Shown here piece after piece: positions 42,606 to 58,314 of a DNA stretch of 64,000 nucleotides; within the stretch, counting starts at the first letter, position 1; every line of letters starts with the position of its first letter. The notes under the pieces were generated by a model. The model searched no databases. It was not told where the DNA came from and saw only the letters and a list, made by a program, of their open reading frames with translations. Origin of the DNA: an uncultured delta proteobacterium (lineage in GTDB: Bacteria > Myxococcota_A > Polyangia > Polyangiales > B10-G4); the NCBI GenBank assembly GCA_963727445.1, contig CAVSGI010000006.1, positions 128,001 to 192,000 on the forward strand. The letters are read 5' to 3'. The position numbers and the translations under genes are program-made.

Positions 42606-44225
42606 TCATCGCCACGAGGTGTGGTGACGCGCGACCTCGATGGCGCGGGTGTGGCTGATGGCGCTTCGCCGGTGGCGCTCTTCGAGCGCGCCTCGGTGAG
42701 TCTCCCACCACGCTTCGGCCTGGGGCTCGGTCCATCGGTCGATCTTCAGGGCGCAGAGCCGCTGGACGAGCGCCGCGGCGCTCGCGGGGCGGTCGTCCGG
42801 ATCCTTGGCCAGGCATGCGAGGACGAGCGCCTCGAGATCGGGCGGGATGGGCGTGTCCCGCCGCGCCGAGGGGGGCTCGGGGGGCGTGTGCAGGTGGTGG
42901 CTGCAGACCTCGACGATTGAGCCGCCGCCGAAGACGTGGGTGCCGGTGAGCAGGTAGTAGCCCACGGCGCCGAGGGCGTAGAGGTCGCTCCGCGCGTCGA
43001 TCTCGTTCGGGCGGGCGATCGCCTCGGGCGACATGTACTGCGGTGTGCCGGTGATGGTGTCCTCTTGGGTGAGCCCGTCCGCTTTGCCCAAGGTGGCGAC
43101 CTCCTTGACCAGCCCGAAGTCGACGACCTTCGCGACGTCGTGCACGCCGCCCTGCACGCAGAGGATGATGTTCGCGGGCTTGATGTCGCGATGGATGAGC
43201 CCGATGCCGTGCGCCTCCCGCAGGGCCGAGGCGACCGAGGAGAGAATGGCGACGACGCGCGCCGGATCCTGCTCCCCGTCGACAGCCACGATGTCACCGA
43301 GGTGGGCACCCTCGAGGAGCTCCATCGCATAGTAGAAGAGCCCGTCAGGCGTTCGGCCGTAGTCGTAGATGGTGACCGTGTTGGGGTGCGTGAGCTTGGC
43401 GGTGAGGCGGACCTCGCGTTCGAAGCGCTTCAATGTCGCTCCCTTCGCGACCTCGGGATGGAGGAGCTTGATCGCGGTGGGGCGCCGGAGCATGCCGTGT
43501 TGCGCGCGGTAGACGACCCCCATCCCGCCCTCACCGAGCTTCTCCTCGATGATGTACTGGCCCAGCTTCTTCACGTTGCGGACCTGGCGCCTGAGGCCGT
43601 AGACGAGCTCGTTGATCCCGGTGCAGAGGCTGGTGCTCAGCGCCCACCAGACGCCGGCGGTGACCGCCGCCATCTGGGCGTATTGGTGAGCGGTGGCCTG
43701 CTGCTCTGCCGGCGGTGAGAGCAGCGCGAGGTACTCGGGGCTGATGGCGCTGTGGCTCTCGTAGGTCACCCACACGTAGGGCACGCCCACCGCGAGGCAG
43801 ATACCCAGCGTGTGGCGGGCGGTGCTCGGCACGTAGGCAGCGCGCGCCGCGAGCGCCAGGGTGAGGGCGGACAGGACGATCATCTCGGGACGCGCCGGCA
43901 GCGGGATGAAGGTGCCCATCCAGACGTACGCGAGGCACGCCCCGATGAGGCCGAGCGTTTCGCTCCAGTGGACCAGGCGATGTGGGTGCTTGCCGCGGCG
44001 GTTGATCACCCAGACCGAGAGCAGGCAGACCCAGGCCAACATGTGCAGTCCGAAGCTGGGCTCGAGCAGGAGGTCGGAGGTGTTGGGGAAGATCACCGCC
44101 TGCCAGAGACGAAACGCCCAGAACGCGAAGCTCAGCGCGGCGCCGAAGAGGCCGAAGCGCGCCACCCGCTTTTGCAGAAATGCGAGCTCCTCGGGGGAGG
44201 GCGAGCTGCTGGGCGACGAGAGCAT
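42606..44225 (-). CDS. Ser/Thr protein kinase with multi-TM N-terminal sensor region
   Basis: About 5-6 hydrophobic helices, then LGEGGMGVVY, AIKLL, HRDIKPAN, DFGLVK, GTPQYMSPE. Confidence 0.93.
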   Translation of the reverse strand: MLSSPSSSPSPEELAFLQKRVARFGLFGAALSFAFWAFRLWQAVIFPNTSDLLLEPSFGLHMLAWVCLLSVWVINRRGKHPHRLVHWSETLGLIGACLAYVWMGTFIPLPARPEMIVLSALTLALAARAAYVPSTARHTLGICLAVGVPYVWVTYESHSAISPEYLALLSPPAEQQATAHQYAQMAAVTAGVWWALSTSLCTGINELVYGLRRQVRNVKKLGQYIIEEKLGEGGMGVVYRAQHGMLRRPTAIKLLHPEVAKGATLKRFEREVRLTAKLTHPNTVTIYDYGRTPDGLFYYAMELLEGAHLGDIVAVDGEQDPARVVAILSSVASALREAHGIGLIHRDIKPANIILCVQGGVHDVAKVVDFGLVKEVATLGKADGLTQEDTITGTPQYMSPEAIARPNEIDARSDLYALGAVGYYLLTGTHVFGGGSIVEVCSHHLHTPPEPPSARRDTPIPPDLEALVLACLAKDPDDRPASAAALVQRLCALKIDRWTEPQAEAWWETHRGALEERHRRSAISHTRAIEVARHHTSWR

Positions 44226-44308
44226 GACGAAGGCGGCGCGATTCTACGCGCGCCGGTATCCCTCGAAGTGCACCCGGTGCAGCGGCCCGCCACCCACGGG
44301 ACGCGGCG

Positions 44309-45326
44309 TCAGCGCAGCGCGCGCAGGAGCGCCCGGCCGTTGCGGCCGGCTTTGGCGGCGACCTTGGCCGGCACCTGTGCGGCGACCTCCGCGAAGGCCG
44401 CGCGCTCTTCGGCGCTCGGGTCGTGGACCTCGATGCCGCGGCGGCCGAGGTTGCGCAGCAGGATGGGCGTCATCTGACGCACGCCCTGGCGGCCGGAGGT
44501 CACCAGGGACTCGGGGATGTCGTCCAGCACCTGCTGAAGGTCCGCCGGCAGCGAGTCGTACCAGGTCTTCGAGTAGACGACGATGCCCGGCTGATAGGAG
44601 TGTCGCGAGAGCGTCAGGTGGTTCGCCGCTTGATACCAGCTCGTGGCGAAGGCGAAGAGCGGAGTGTTGTCGAAGCCGTCGACCACCCCGGTCTGCAGGC
44701 TGGTGAGCACGTTGGTGACGTCGATGGGCACCGGGTTCGCGCCGAAGGCGCGATAGGTCTCGAGGTGCACCATCGCCTCCTGCGAGCGCATGCGCAGGCC
44801 CCGCAGGTCCGACGGAGAACGGATTTGTCTGTCCTTGGTGAACCACGAGCGGAATCCGTTCTCCGCCCACAGCCCGAAGTGGAATCCCCGCGCGTCGACG
44901 GCGCGTTCGACGATGGGCTTGGCCGGCGCCGTCGAGCTTTCGGTCGGCGGCGGCCTCGCTCTCGAAGAGGTAGGGCGCCTCGATCACGTTCAGCTCCGGC
45001 ACCAGCGAGCCGAGGGCCGCGGTGGAGCCGCCGAAGCACTGGATGCTGCCCTGCGCGGTGCGCCGCACCAGCGCCTTTTCGCCGCCGAGGGACCCGCCCA
45101 TGAACATCCGCACCTGGATGCGCCCGCCGCTCTTGGACTCGACGTGTCGCTCGAGCTCGCGGAGCTGCTTCTCCCAGGGCGTTCCCTCCGGGGCCACCGT
45201 CGCGATCTTCATCTCGTAGGTCTGCTGAGCGTCGGCCACCGGCTCGTCGACGGTGGCGACCAAGAGCAGGCTCAGGACAGTCGAAACCATCGTCGAGACG
45301 ACGGCGATCCGCTTGCTTCGCGACAT
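44309..45326 (-). CDS. dctP: TRAP transporter substrate-binding protein DctP (TatP-type); frameshift near 44925
   Basis: KIATVAPEGTPW, SGGRIQV...GGSLGGE; after the shift WAENGFR...DLRGLRMR, SLQTGVVDG, WYDSLPADLQ. Confidence 0.85.
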
Positions 45327-45380
45327 GTCTTCCCCTTCTGGGTACAGCTGTGCCCGGCGTCTGACGGCGCCGTGCGGGAT

Positions 45381-46295
45381 TTATTCGAAGAGCTCGTCCG
45401 CCTTGGGCAGGAGCTCTCGCGCCTTGCGCTGCTCGATGAGATTCTCGGGCCGGATCTCGGGGTCCAGCTCGTCGACGTTCGCGTTGATGACGAAGTCGAG
45501 CTGCTCCTCGAAGAGCGGGCGATCCTGGGCCTTCACGGCGTACATCTCGGCCAGCAGGACCCGAGTGCCGAGGTAGTCGGGCGCGGCCGCGAGGGCCTGA
45601 TCGAAGTTCTGCTTGCTGAGCTCGAGGTCACCGCCCGCGAAGGCCGGAACGCGTGCGTAGAACGCGCCGAAGTAGCGCGGCGGGCCGTGATGGAAATAGG
45701 TCGCGTCGAGCTCCATGCACCGCGCCATGACCGCGCGGATTTCGTCCTTGTAGCTGAGCACGGTGGCGAAGCCCTTGGCGAGACCCCACTTGCCCATGTT
45801 GGAGCTGCGCCAGTAGAGGGCGGGTACCGCGCTCGCGTCGAGGACCGAGATGGCCTCCTCGATGCGCGTGCCCGCGCGCATGCGCTGGGCGAAGTCGGGC
45901 GAGAGTGCGACCAGCGCACGCTCGGCGGCCTGGATGCCCTTCTCGAAGGTCTCGATCATCTCATCGTGTCGCGACTCGTCGAAGCTCATGTGGCCGTCGG
46001 CGAGGAAGTAATACGCGCGCGCGAGCCGCTCCCAGATCACGTGGTCCGAGGGGTCGAGGGCGGCGGCCTCCTCCCACTTCTGAATGGCGGTCTTCAGGCT
46101 GGCTTCGTCTTCACGACCGGCCCACGCCTCTTCACCTTCCTGGATGAGCGTGGCGCGTCGATCCTGCGACTGTTGACTCTGATCCGCCGTGGTCGGCTCC
46201 GGCTCCGTATCCCACGCCGCTTCGCGGCTACCGCCGCACCCCACCGCCAGCAGCAACGCCAGCGCCATCCCCGCCATCGAACGCACCTGAAGCAT
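45381..46295 (-). CDS. TRAP transporter TatT (T-component) TPR-like lipoprotein
   Basis: Lipobox LLAVGC; VPALYW, ELDATYFHHG, PAFAGGD...F..AL, YAV..QDR.LF...L, EN...QRKA..LL...DELF; directly upstream of dctP. Start may be 46277. Confidence 0.75.
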   Translation of the reverse strand: MLQVRSMAGMALALLLAVGCGGSREAAWDTEPEPTTADQSQQSQDRRATLIQEGEEAWAGREDEASLKTAIQKWEEAAALDPSDHVIWERLARAYYFLADGHMSFDESRHDEMIETFEKGIQAAERALVALSPDFAQRMRAGTRIEEAISVLDASAVPALYWRSSNMGKWGLAKGFATVLSYKDEIRAVMARCMELDATYFHHGPPRYFGAFYARVPAFAGGDLELSKQNFDQALAAAPDYLGTRVLLAEMYAVKAQDRPLFEEQLDFVINANVDELDPEIRPENLIEQRKARELLPKADELFE

Positions 46296-46418
46296 CGGCT
46301 TCCTCCCCGGAAAACCGCCCGACTTAACAATCCCCGGTCGACGGTGTCAACGGCCGCCGAGCGGTCGGTCCGAAGCTATGGTTGGAGCAAATCGGAATCA
46401 CCGTATATCGTTGTCCCG

Positions 46419-46844
46419 ATGGCGGAGGCACAGAGCGAGAGGCTGAGCGTCGACGATGCGACGATTCGCGGCCTGTTGACCGAGTCCGGGTGGCCTTGCG
46501 ACCGAATCAACGAGGACACCTGGCGCAGCCGCTTCAAGACGAAGAAGGCCTCCTTTCACTTCTTCGTTCACGTGAGCCCCCAGGGGTGGCTGAATTTCGC
46601 CGTGGTTCCCTTCCTCCGCTCCCCCGAGGAGGCGGAGCAGGCCGACGTCCTCTACCAGCGCCTCCTCGAGCTCAATCACTCGCTCTTGATGGCGAAGTTC
46701 TCCATCGACGACGACCTGGACGTGGTGCTCTCGGTCGAGTACCCGGTGGCCGATCTCGACCGCAGCGAATTCCGCGACGCCCTGAACGCGCTCGTGTTTT
46801 ACGCGGACAAACACTACGAAGAGCTGGCCAAGCTCGTCCGCTGA
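46419..46844 (+). CDS. YbjN/CesT-like (T3SS chaperone fold) domain protein
   Basis: LYQRLLELNHSLLMAKFSIDDDLDVVLSVEYP..DLD..EF. Confidence 0.7.
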   Translation: MAEAQSERLSVDDATIRGLLTESGWPCDRINEDTWRSRFKTKKASFHFFVHVSPQGWLNFAVVPFLRSPEEAEQADVLYQRLLELNHSLLMAKFSIDDDLDVVLSVEYPVADLDRSEFRDALNALVFYADKHYEELAKLVR

Positions 46845-46912
46845 CCAGCCCGGCTTGCCGGGTGTCGGGGCGTGTGGTAGACCGCGCTCGCTTTCAGCGC
46901 CTGATCCCTTTC

Positions 46913-46943
46913 AGGTGGGCCTTCCGGGTCCGCCTCTTTTTTT
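46913..46943 (+). promoter_or_regulatory. rimP leader attenuator/terminator hairpin
   Basis: aggtgggcc-ttcc-gggtccgcct followed by cttttttt just upstream of rimP, where a conserved leader terminator is known. Confidence 0.7.
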
Positions 46944-46970
46944 GTCATGCGCCTGAGATCACACCACTAA

Positions 46971-47465
46971 ATGGCGTCCCTCAACAGCGAAATCACGAGA
47001 CTAATCGAGCCGGTCTGCTCCGCCAACGGGGTGGAGTTGGTCTCGCTCGACCTCGTTTCGGAAAAGGGGCGCAACATCTTGAGGGCGATCATCGATCGTG
47101 AGCCTGGGGCACGCGCCGCTGGGGACGCGAACGATGGCAGCGGGGTGACCCTCGACGACTGCACCAGGGTCAGCCGGGACGTGTCCACGGTGCTCGACGT
47201 GCACGAGGAGTTGCTCCCCACGAAGTACTCCCTCGAGGTGAGCTCGCCGGGTCTGGACCGGCCGCTCACCAAGCTCTCCCACTACGAGCGGTTCGTCGGG
47301 CGCGAGGTGAAGCTCGAGCTCGACGCGCCGATCGACGGTCGTCGTCGTTTCAACGGTGAAATCCTCTCCGTCGACGGAGAGGACGTCCGGATCAACCAAG
47401 ACGGAACCCCGGTGACGCTCCCCTTCGGGCGCATCACCAAGAGCCGTCTCGTCTACCGATTCTAG
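46971..47465 (+). CDS. rimP: Ribosome maturation factor RimP
   Basis: [35 protein letters not shown]. Confidence 0.97.
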   Translation: MASLNSEITRLIEPVCSANGVELVSLDLVSEKGRNILRAIIDREPGARAAGDANDGSGVTLDDCTRVSRDVSTVLDVHEELLPTKYSLEVSSPGLDRPLTKLSHYERFVGREVKLELDAPIDGRRRFNGEILSVDGEDVRINQDGTPVTLPFGRITKSRLVYRF

Positions 47466-47475
47466 AGGTCATGCG

Positions 47476-49275
<1,800 letters not shown>

Positions 49276-49297
49276 GACGGAGAAGGAGGACGAGCGG

Positions 49298-49968
49298 GTG
49301 AGTCTAGTGGCGAAAGCAGAAAACCCCGGACAGCGGGCGAAAGGGCGGCGCGAGTCGACCCGGGCGAAGGAGCCGGAGCGCACGTGCGTCGGCTGTCGTC
49401 GGGTGGACACGCAGGCTGCGCTTCTGCGTTTCGCCTTCGCTGACGACCCGCCGCGTCTCGCGCCCGATCCCGGGCGCCGCCTCGGTGGTCGCGGCGCTTC
49501 GGTTCATCCGAAGCGCGAGTGCCTCGAGAGCGCCGTCCGGCGCGGGGGCTTCGCGCGTGCTTTCCGCCGTCCGGTGGAGGTCGAGGCGGAGGCGTTGATC
49601 CGCGCCGCCCGAGAGCAGTACGAGCGTCGGGTCGGCGGGCTTCTCCTCGCCGGGTGGCGCGCCCGTCATCTCGTCGTCGGCACCGATGCGGTGTCGAAGG
49701 CGCTCGACGAGGCGAAGGGGCCCGTGCTCCTGGTCGTCGCAGAGGACGCCGCGGGGCGTCGCGACGAGCTCGAGAAGCGAGCCGCAGAGAAGAACAGGGG
49801 GGGGACGAGCAGCTCCCCGATGCCCACGAGCATCACCTACGCGGACAAGGCGACCCTCGGTCGCCTCTTCGGCCGCGAGACGTTGGGTGTGCTGGGCATT
49901 CTGGACGAAGGGATCGCAGCCGAGGTGGCAGTCGCCACGCGCTGCGTCGACGAGCTTTCGGAGGATCG

Positions 49969-49972
<4 letters not shown>
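49298..49972 (+). CDS. ylxR: YlxR (DUF448/RnpM) domain fused to L7Ae-like (YlxQ) domain
   Basis: PERTCVGCR, GRGASVH...C, FARAFR; C-terminal GTDAV...VVAEDA...LGRLFGR; RBS aaggagg before GTG 49298. Confidence 0.82.
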
Positions 49973-52673
<2,701 letters not shown>

Positions 52674-52674
<1 letters not shown>

Positions 52675-52781
52675 CATCGACCCGCCCACCCCTCCCCCCC
52701 TCCCCGAGGGGGGCACCCCTCGGACACCCCCCGGCACCCCGCTTCGGGGGGCGCCGCGCTCGCGTCGCTCGCGGGTCGTGT
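52674..52781. repeat. Structured C-rich intergenic palindromic (REP-like) element
   Basis: Closing stem cgacccgc/gcgggtcg encloses hairpins ccgagggg/cccctcgg and cggcacccc/ggggggcgccg. Confidence 0.5.
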
Positions 52782-52798
52782 TCGGTTGGCTGAGTACA

Positions 52799-53098
52799 GT
52801 GGTTGTTGGCGTGTGCCGAATATCGCTCTCTCTGCCCGGCAATGATTCGCTGAAGGGCAAGCGGAAGGTGGTTCGGCGCATCCTCGACAGGGCGCGGAGC
52901 AGGTTCAACGTGGCTGCGGCCGAGGTGGGAGACAACGACGTGCATCGCCGAGCCGTCCTGGGATTCACCGTGGTCAGCAACGACGTCAGTCACGTGAACT
53001 CCATGATCGACGAGATCTCTTCCTTCGTGTCCGGAGCGACCGAAGCCCTGGTGGTGGATCGCTCCTTCGACATCCTCCACGTGGGGGAAGACGCGTGA
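52799..53098 (+). CDS. DUF503 (YlxP) family protein
   Basis: VVVGVCRISL..PGNDSLKGKR.V...FNVAAAEV...D.H..A.LG; located between infB and rbfA. Confidence 0.88.
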   Translation: MVVGVCRISLSLPGNDSLKGKRKVVRRILDRARSRFNVAAAEVGDNDVHRRAVLGFTVVSNDVSHVNSMIDEISSFVSGATEALVVDRSFDILHVGEDA

Positions 53099-53493
53099 GC
53101 AACGGCGCCCCAGTGAAGCGTTCGGTGCGCGTCGCCGAGCGCATCCGCCTCGAGCTCTCGGAGCTGCTTCTGAGGGGCGAGGTGCGCGACCCGCGCGCTT
53201 CGGGGGCACTGATCAGCCGGGTGGTGGTGACCGACGACCTCTCGCTCGCGAAGATCTACGTCCGCCTGCTCGACACCGAGGTGAGCGAGGGGCGCAAGAA
53301 GGACCTGTTGCGCGCTCTCGAGGGGGCTCGCGGTTACCTGCGACGCGAGGTTGGCAAGCGCCTGAAGGCCAAGAAGACGCCGGACCTCCGCATCTACTGG
53401 GACGATGGCGTGGAGCGTTCGGAGCGGGTCGAGGAGATCCTCGCCGACCTCCGCGCCAGAGGTGAGCTCGGCGACGACGAGGGGACACCGTGA
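53095..53493 (+). CDS. rbfA: 30S ribosome-binding factor A
   Basis: RVAERIR.ELSELL..EVRDPR, VTDDLSLAKIY, GYLRREVG.RL...TPDL...D. Confidence 0.96.
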   Translation: MSNGAPVKRSVRVAERIRLELSELLLRGEVRDPRASGALISRVVVTDDLSLAKIYVRLLDTEVSEGRKKDLLRALEGARGYLRREVGKRLKAKKTPDLRIYWDDGVERSERVEEILADLRARGELGDDEGTP

Positions 53494-54480
53494 ACGAGGC
53501 CGTTCGCGCTTTGGTGACGGAGGGGAAGCGCTTCCTCGTGTCCGGGCATCGTCGCCCCGACGGTGACGCGCTGGGCGCAGCCCTCGGCCTCTTGCGCGGG
53601 CTCCGCGCGCTCGGCAAGGAGGCGGATTCTCTTCTGCCCGGACGAGGTCCCCCACAGCTTGAGCTTCCTGGTCGAAGGCGAGGAGCTGCTCCGCAGCGCG
53701 CCTGCCGACAAGCGATGGGACGCGGCCTTCGTCACCGACACCGCCGCCCCCGAGCTGTTGCCCGAAGGGTTCCCCGGAGTCGAGGTGCGCGGGCCGCTGG
53801 TGGTGCTCGATCACCACGCCGCCCATCACGACTTCGGCGATCACGTGATCCGCGACGTCCGGGCCTGCGCGACCGGCGAGGTGGTGCGCGATCTCCTCGC
53901 CGAGCTGGGTGTCACGCCCCTGACGCCGGATGTCGCCCTGCCGCTCTACACGGCGGTCGTCGCGGACACTGGCGGCTTTCGCTATCAGAGCACCGAGGCG
54001 CGCACCCTGCGTCTCGGCGCCGAGCTGGTGGAGGCCGGCGCCGTCCCTTGGCTCGTGGCACAGAACCTCTTCGAGGCCTGGGCGCGCGAACGCCTCGATC
54101 TGCTGCGCGAAGTGATCGGCGCCATGCACTTTCACGCCGGCGGCCAGCTCGTCACCATCCCGGTTTCGCGGGCGCTCCTCGAATCCATCGGCGCCACCGA
54201 CGACATGATCGACGGCCTGGTGAACTACGGACGCGCCGTGCGCGGGGTCGAGGTGGCGGCGCTCCTCTGGGAGCAGGATCCCCCGGCCGTCGACGGCCGT
54301 GTTCGGCTGAGCCTGAGAGCGAGCGGCGCCGTGGACGTGGCGCGCATCGCGGCCAGCTTCGGCGGGGGAGGGCACCGGGCGGCGGCGGGCGCCACCATCG
54401 TAGGCGAGCTCGATGATGCCGAGGCGCGCGTGGTCGATATCGCGCTTCCGTTCCTCCACGGAGCCGGCGGCGGTGGGTAG
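53490..54480 (+). CDS. nrnA: DHH/DHHA1 phosphoesterase (NrnA-like); frameshift near 53630
   Basis: GHRRPDGDALG (ORF 53490), then LDHH, DTGGF, SLRA and FGGGGHRAAAG (ORF 53563-54480). Confidence 0.88.
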
Positions 54481-55444
54481 AAGGCGCCGCGCTTCGCGAC
54501 ATCACGGCGTGCTCGTGGTGGACAAGAAGCGTGGACCCACGAGCCACGACGTCGTGGGACGGCTGAGGCGGGTCTTCGACACGGGCGCCGTGGGCCACGC
54601 GGGCACGCTCGATCCGATGGCCACCGGGGTCCTGGTCGTCGCCGTGGGCGAGGCCACGAAGCTGGTCGCTCACCTGACGGCCGCGGACAAGGAGTACGAG
54701 GCGACGGTGGCGCTCGGCGTGGCCACCGACACCCTCGACGCCGAGGGGCGCGAGGTGCGCCGCGCCGACGTGCCTCCGCTGACCCGAGAGCAGGCGGAGG
54801 CGGCGGCGCGCGCGTTCCTCGGAGCCGGCAAACAGCGCCCTCCGAAGGTCAGCGCCATCAAGGTGGGCGGCCGGCCGCTCCACGAGCGGGTGCGGCGCGG
54901 CGAAGAGGTCGAGGTGCCGGAGCGGGACGTCTTCGTTCACAGCCTCGAGATCCTCGCCTTTCGCCCCGATGCCATCGACCTCCGGGTGTGCGCCGACAAG
55001 GGCTTCTACGTCCGATCCCTCGGCCGCGATCTCGCCGAGGCGCTCGGCACCGTCGGGCACCTGAGCGCCCTGCGTCGACTTCGCAGCGGCCACTTCGACG
55101 TGTCGACGGCGATCGACATGGCGCGGGTGGAGGCGGCGGCGGCCGGAGACCCGGACGCCCTCCGAGCCGTCACCGGGGCGCTCGTCCCGATGACCGAGGC
55201 GTGGTCCGGCCCGACGGTGGTGCTCGACGACGCGGGGTGTGAAGACGCGCGCCATGGGCGGGTGGTCATGCCCGAGCGCTGCGGTCCCATGGCGGGGGAG
55301 GCATCGACCGGCGACGTGGTGGCCATGCTCGACGCGCAGGGGGAGCTGGTGGCGCTCGGGGAGCTCGCGGAGGACGATACGCTCCGCGTGCGACGGGGCT
55401 TCGCGTCGACAGGGGGCGAGGCGGAGGGTACGTTCCCCGCGTGA
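54473..55444 (+). CDS. truB: tRNA pseudouridine(55) synthase
   Basis: GVLVVDK..GPTSHDVV, GHAGTLDPMATGVL, KEYEA, PP..SAIKVGG, GFYVRSLGRD. Start is approximate. Confidence 0.97.
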   Translation: MGRRRRASRHHGVLVVDKKRGPTSHDVVGRLRRVFDTGAVGHAGTLDPMATGVLVVAVGEATKLVAHLTAADKEYEATVALGVATDTLDAEGREVRRADVPPLTREQAEAAARAFLGAGKQRPPKVSAIKVGGRPLHERVRRGEEVEVPERDVFVHSLEILAFRPDAIDLRVCADKGFYVRSLGRDLAEALGTVGHLSALRRLRSGHFDVSTAIDMARVEAAAAGDPDALRAVTGALVPMTEAWSGPTVVLDDAGCEDARHGRVVMPERCGPMAGEASTGDVVAMLDAQGELVALGELAEDDTLRVRRGFASTGGEAEGTFPA

Positions 55445-56187
55445 AGTCGCTGAAGTCTCTGCTCCTGCTCCTCGTTCTCCTCTCCACCGCCGCCTGCGGC
55501 GACGACAGCGCGTCGGATGGAGGCGCCGACGCCGACACCGGGGTGATGGACAGCCGCGTCGACACCGCTCCCTTCGACACTGGCCCGCGTTGCGATCCGG
55601 TATGCAGCTCGGTCGAAGCGTGCTGCGCGGCGGACGCCGGTGGCGTGGCATGCCTTCGGATCGCCGACGACGTCAACAACTGCGGCGGCTGCGGCATCGC
55701 CTGCGCGGACGGCCGGGGGACGACCTGCGAGCTCAGCTCCTGCGTTTGCGGGCGCATCGCCATGGGCTGCCTCGGGAGCGACCGGAGCTGGTGCTGCCCG
55801 CCCAGAGAGCCCACCGGCATGCACTACTGTGCTGACTTCACCAACGACACCCAGGACTGCGGCGGCTGCAACCAGCAGTGCTCGGCCGAGACCTCCTCGG
55901 ACTGCCGGGCCTCGACCTGCGTTTGCGGTGACACCGGAGGTCCTTGCGCGGGCACGCCCGAAGACCTCTGCTGCGCGGAGGCGTCGACCGGCGTCTTCAG
56001 TTGCGTCGACACCACGTCGGACAGCTTCCACTGCGGTTCCTGCGACAAGGTGTGCATGGTGGGGGAGCGTTGTGAGATGAGCACCTGCGGGTTCGGCGCC
56101 TCCTGTCCGGCCGCTTGCGCTTCGGGAGAGATCTGTTGCGACGGGACCTGCTGTGACCGAGTCTCCTGTTCGCGGGGGGAATGTTGA
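55441..56187 (+). CDS. Cys-rich lipoprotein with Stig1-like repeats
   Basis: Lipobox STAAC; three D..(N/D/H)CG.C...C repeats; GTGA overlap with truB. Confidence 0.75.
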   Translation: MKSLKSLLLLLVLLSTAACGDDSASDGGADADTGVMDSRVDTAPFDTGPRCDPVCSSVEACCAADAGGVACLRIADDVNNCGGCGIACADGRGTTCELSSCVCGRIAMGCLGSDRSWCCPPREPTGMHYCADFTNDTQDCGGCNQQCSAETSSDCRASTCVCGDTGGPCAGTPEDLCCAEASTGVFSCVDTTSDSFHCGSCDKVCMVGERCEMSTCGFGASCPAACASGEICCDGTCCDRVSCSRGEC

Positions 56188-57479
56188 TGGAGAGGGTTCG
56201 CTACCTGATCTGCGGTGCGGGGATCACCGGTCTCACCTTTGCCGATCGGATCGCGTCGGACGATTACCTGGTTCTCGAGGCGGCCGACGAGGTCGGCGGC
56301 TACTGCAAGACCATCACCCAGGACGGGTTCGTCTGGGACTACTCGGGGCACTTCTTCCACTTCAAGCATCCCGAGATCGAGAAAGAGCTCGTCTCCCGCA
56401 TGGGCGATCAGCGCGTGCTGGAGGTGGCGAAGGAGAGCCGGATCCTATTCGGCGACAGGCTGGTGGACTTCCCTTTCCAGAAGAACATCCATCAGCTCCC
56501 CCAGGACGACTTCGTCGACTGCCTCTACGAGCTCTATTTCAAAGAGAGCGAGAGCGAGCCGAAGAACTTCGCGGAGATGCTCTACGCGAAGTTCGGTAAG
56601 GGGATCGCCGAGCGCTTCCTGATTCCCTACAACGAAAAGCTCTACGCTTGCGATCTCGGCAAGCTCGACGTCGATGCCATGGGCCGCTTCTTCCCCTACG
56701 CCGACCTCGCCGACATCATCCGCAACATGAAGCGGGCGGACAACGCGAGCTACAACGCCACCTTCACCTATCCCGAGGGCGGCGCCATTCAGTACGTCCA
56801 CGCCATCAAGGCCGGCGTCGCGGACGACAAGATCGCGTTGGGGGAGCGCTTGGTGTCGGTGGACCTCGCCGCGAAGGTGGCGCGCACCGACAAGCGCGAG
56901 ATCGGCTTCGAGCACCTGATCAGCTCCGCTCCCTTCGACAAGCTCCTCGCCATGACGGGCATCGACTACGACCCCGGCGTCTACAGCTGGAACAAGGTGC
57001 TGGTCTTCAACATGGGCTTCGATCGAAAGGGCCCCGAGGGCGTCCACTGGATCTACTACCCGCAGCGCGAGCTCTCGTTCTATCGGGTCGGCTTCTACGA
57101 CAACATCTTCGGCACGGATCGCATGAGCATCTACGTCGAGGTCGGTCGCGACAAAGACGCGCTCATCGACGACGCCGAAGTCGAGCGGATGCGCGAGGTG
57201 GTGCTCGCCGATCTGGCGAAGGCGGGCGTCGTGGATGGACACCAGCTCGTGAGCTGGCACTCGGTGGTCCTCGACCCAGCCTATGTGCACATCACGCGGG
57301 CGTCGATCGACGACGTAGCGCGCAAGAAGCGAGCGCTCGGCAGTCGGGGCGTCTACTCCCTGGGGCGCTACGGCTCGTGGACCTACTGCAGCATCGAGGA
57401 CAACATCGTCGAGGCACGCCAGCTCGCGGACGACCTCAACAGCGCGGTAGGCGTCAGGCCCTCGGCGAAGACCGCGTGA
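56187..57479 (+). CDS. FAD-dependent oxidoreductase (protoporphyrinogen oxidase / UDP-galactopyranose mutase-like)
   Basis: [46 protein letters not shown]. Confidence 0.82.
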   Translation: MERVRYLICGAGITGLTFADRIASDDYLVLEAADEVGGYCKTITQDGFVWDYSGHFFHFKHPEIEKELVSRMGDQRVLEVAKESRILFGDRLVDFPFQKNIHQLPQDDFVDCLYELYFKESESEPKNFAEMLYAKFGKGIAERFLIPYNEKLYACDLGKLDVDAMGRFFPYADLADIIRNMKRADNASYNATFTYPEGGAIQYVHAIKAGVADDKIALGERLVSVDLAAKVARTDKREIGFEHLISSAPFDKLLAMTGIDYDPGVYSWNKVLVFNMGFDRKGPEGVHWIYYPQRELSFYRVGFYDNIFGTDRMSIYVEVGRDKDALIDDAEVERMREVVLADLAKAGVVDGHQLVSWHSVVLDPAYVHITRASIDDVARKKRALGSRGVYSLGRYGSWTYCSIEDNIVEARQLADDLNSAVGVRPSAKTA

Positions 57480-58263
57480 GGGCGGACAGGATCTCCGCGT
57501 CGAAGCTTGGCGGCGGGAAGCTCGGCTTGGCGAGCACGTAGCCCTGCCCGAAGTGGACACCGGTGTCGACGGCGGCCTTCACCTGATCCGGGGTCTCGAG
57601 GCCTTCGGCCACCACGCGCGCGCCGAGGTCGACGCAGAGCCGCACCAGGCCCGCGACCAGGAGCCGCTGCCGTCGGTCGCTGTGCAGGGAGCTGGTCAAG
57701 CCGCGGTCGAGCTTGACGATCTCGGGTTCGAGGTCGGTGATGTACTTCAGGTTCGAGTACCCGGCGCCGAGGTCGTCGACCGCGAGGCAGGCTCCCTTGC
57801 CGCGCACTTCCTTGAGCACGCTCTGGCAGTAGTGGAAGTGACTGAGGGGGACCGACTCGGTGATCTCGAGGAAGATCGGATGGTCGTGACCGAAGATGGG
57901 ATCGTCCGGCTGGACCAACCACCCTTCGTCGAACTCGTTGGGGTGGATGTTGAGGAAGAGCGGATGGGTGGGGCAGGTGGAGATCGACTCTTCGCGGATC
58001 TGCCGGCCGAGGGCGCCGCAACAGTCTCCGTTGATCGCTTCGGCGAAGAGCGCGGGCGGCGACTTGTAGTTCGGTGAGGTGCTGCGGACGAGTGCTTCGT
58101 ACGCGAAAATGGTGTTGGTCTCGAGGTCGACCAGGGGTTGGAAGACCACCTGGATCTCGCCGTTGCGCAGCACGCCGGGGATCTTCGAAGGGCGCCTTAT
58201 CCGCGGTCCGCCGGGGCGGTTCAGCGGTTGGCGTAGCAGCCAGTCTGCAAAGTTGCCCGACAC
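57454..58263 (-). CDS. Stand-alone EAL domain c-di-GMP phosphodiesterase
   Basis: [40 protein letters not shown] and GQGY all present. Confidence 0.92.
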   Translation of the reverse strand: MSGNFADWLLRQPLNRPGGPRIRRPSKIPGVLRNGEIQVVFQPLVDLETNTIFAYEALVRSTSPNYKSPPALFAEAINGDCCGALGRQIREESISTCPTHPLFLNIHPNEFDEGWLVQPDDPIFGHDHPIFLEITESVPLSHFHYCQSVLKEVRGKGACLAVDDLGAGYSNLKYITDLEPEIVKLDRGLTSSLHSDRRQRLLVAGLVRLCVDLGARVVAEGLETPDQVKAAVDTGVHFGQGYVLAKPSFPPPSFDAEILSALTRSSPRA

Positions 58264-58314
58264 CTGGAACCAAGCTAGCCAAGTCGCACGGTACGGTCCA
58301 ATGGAAAACCCTCG

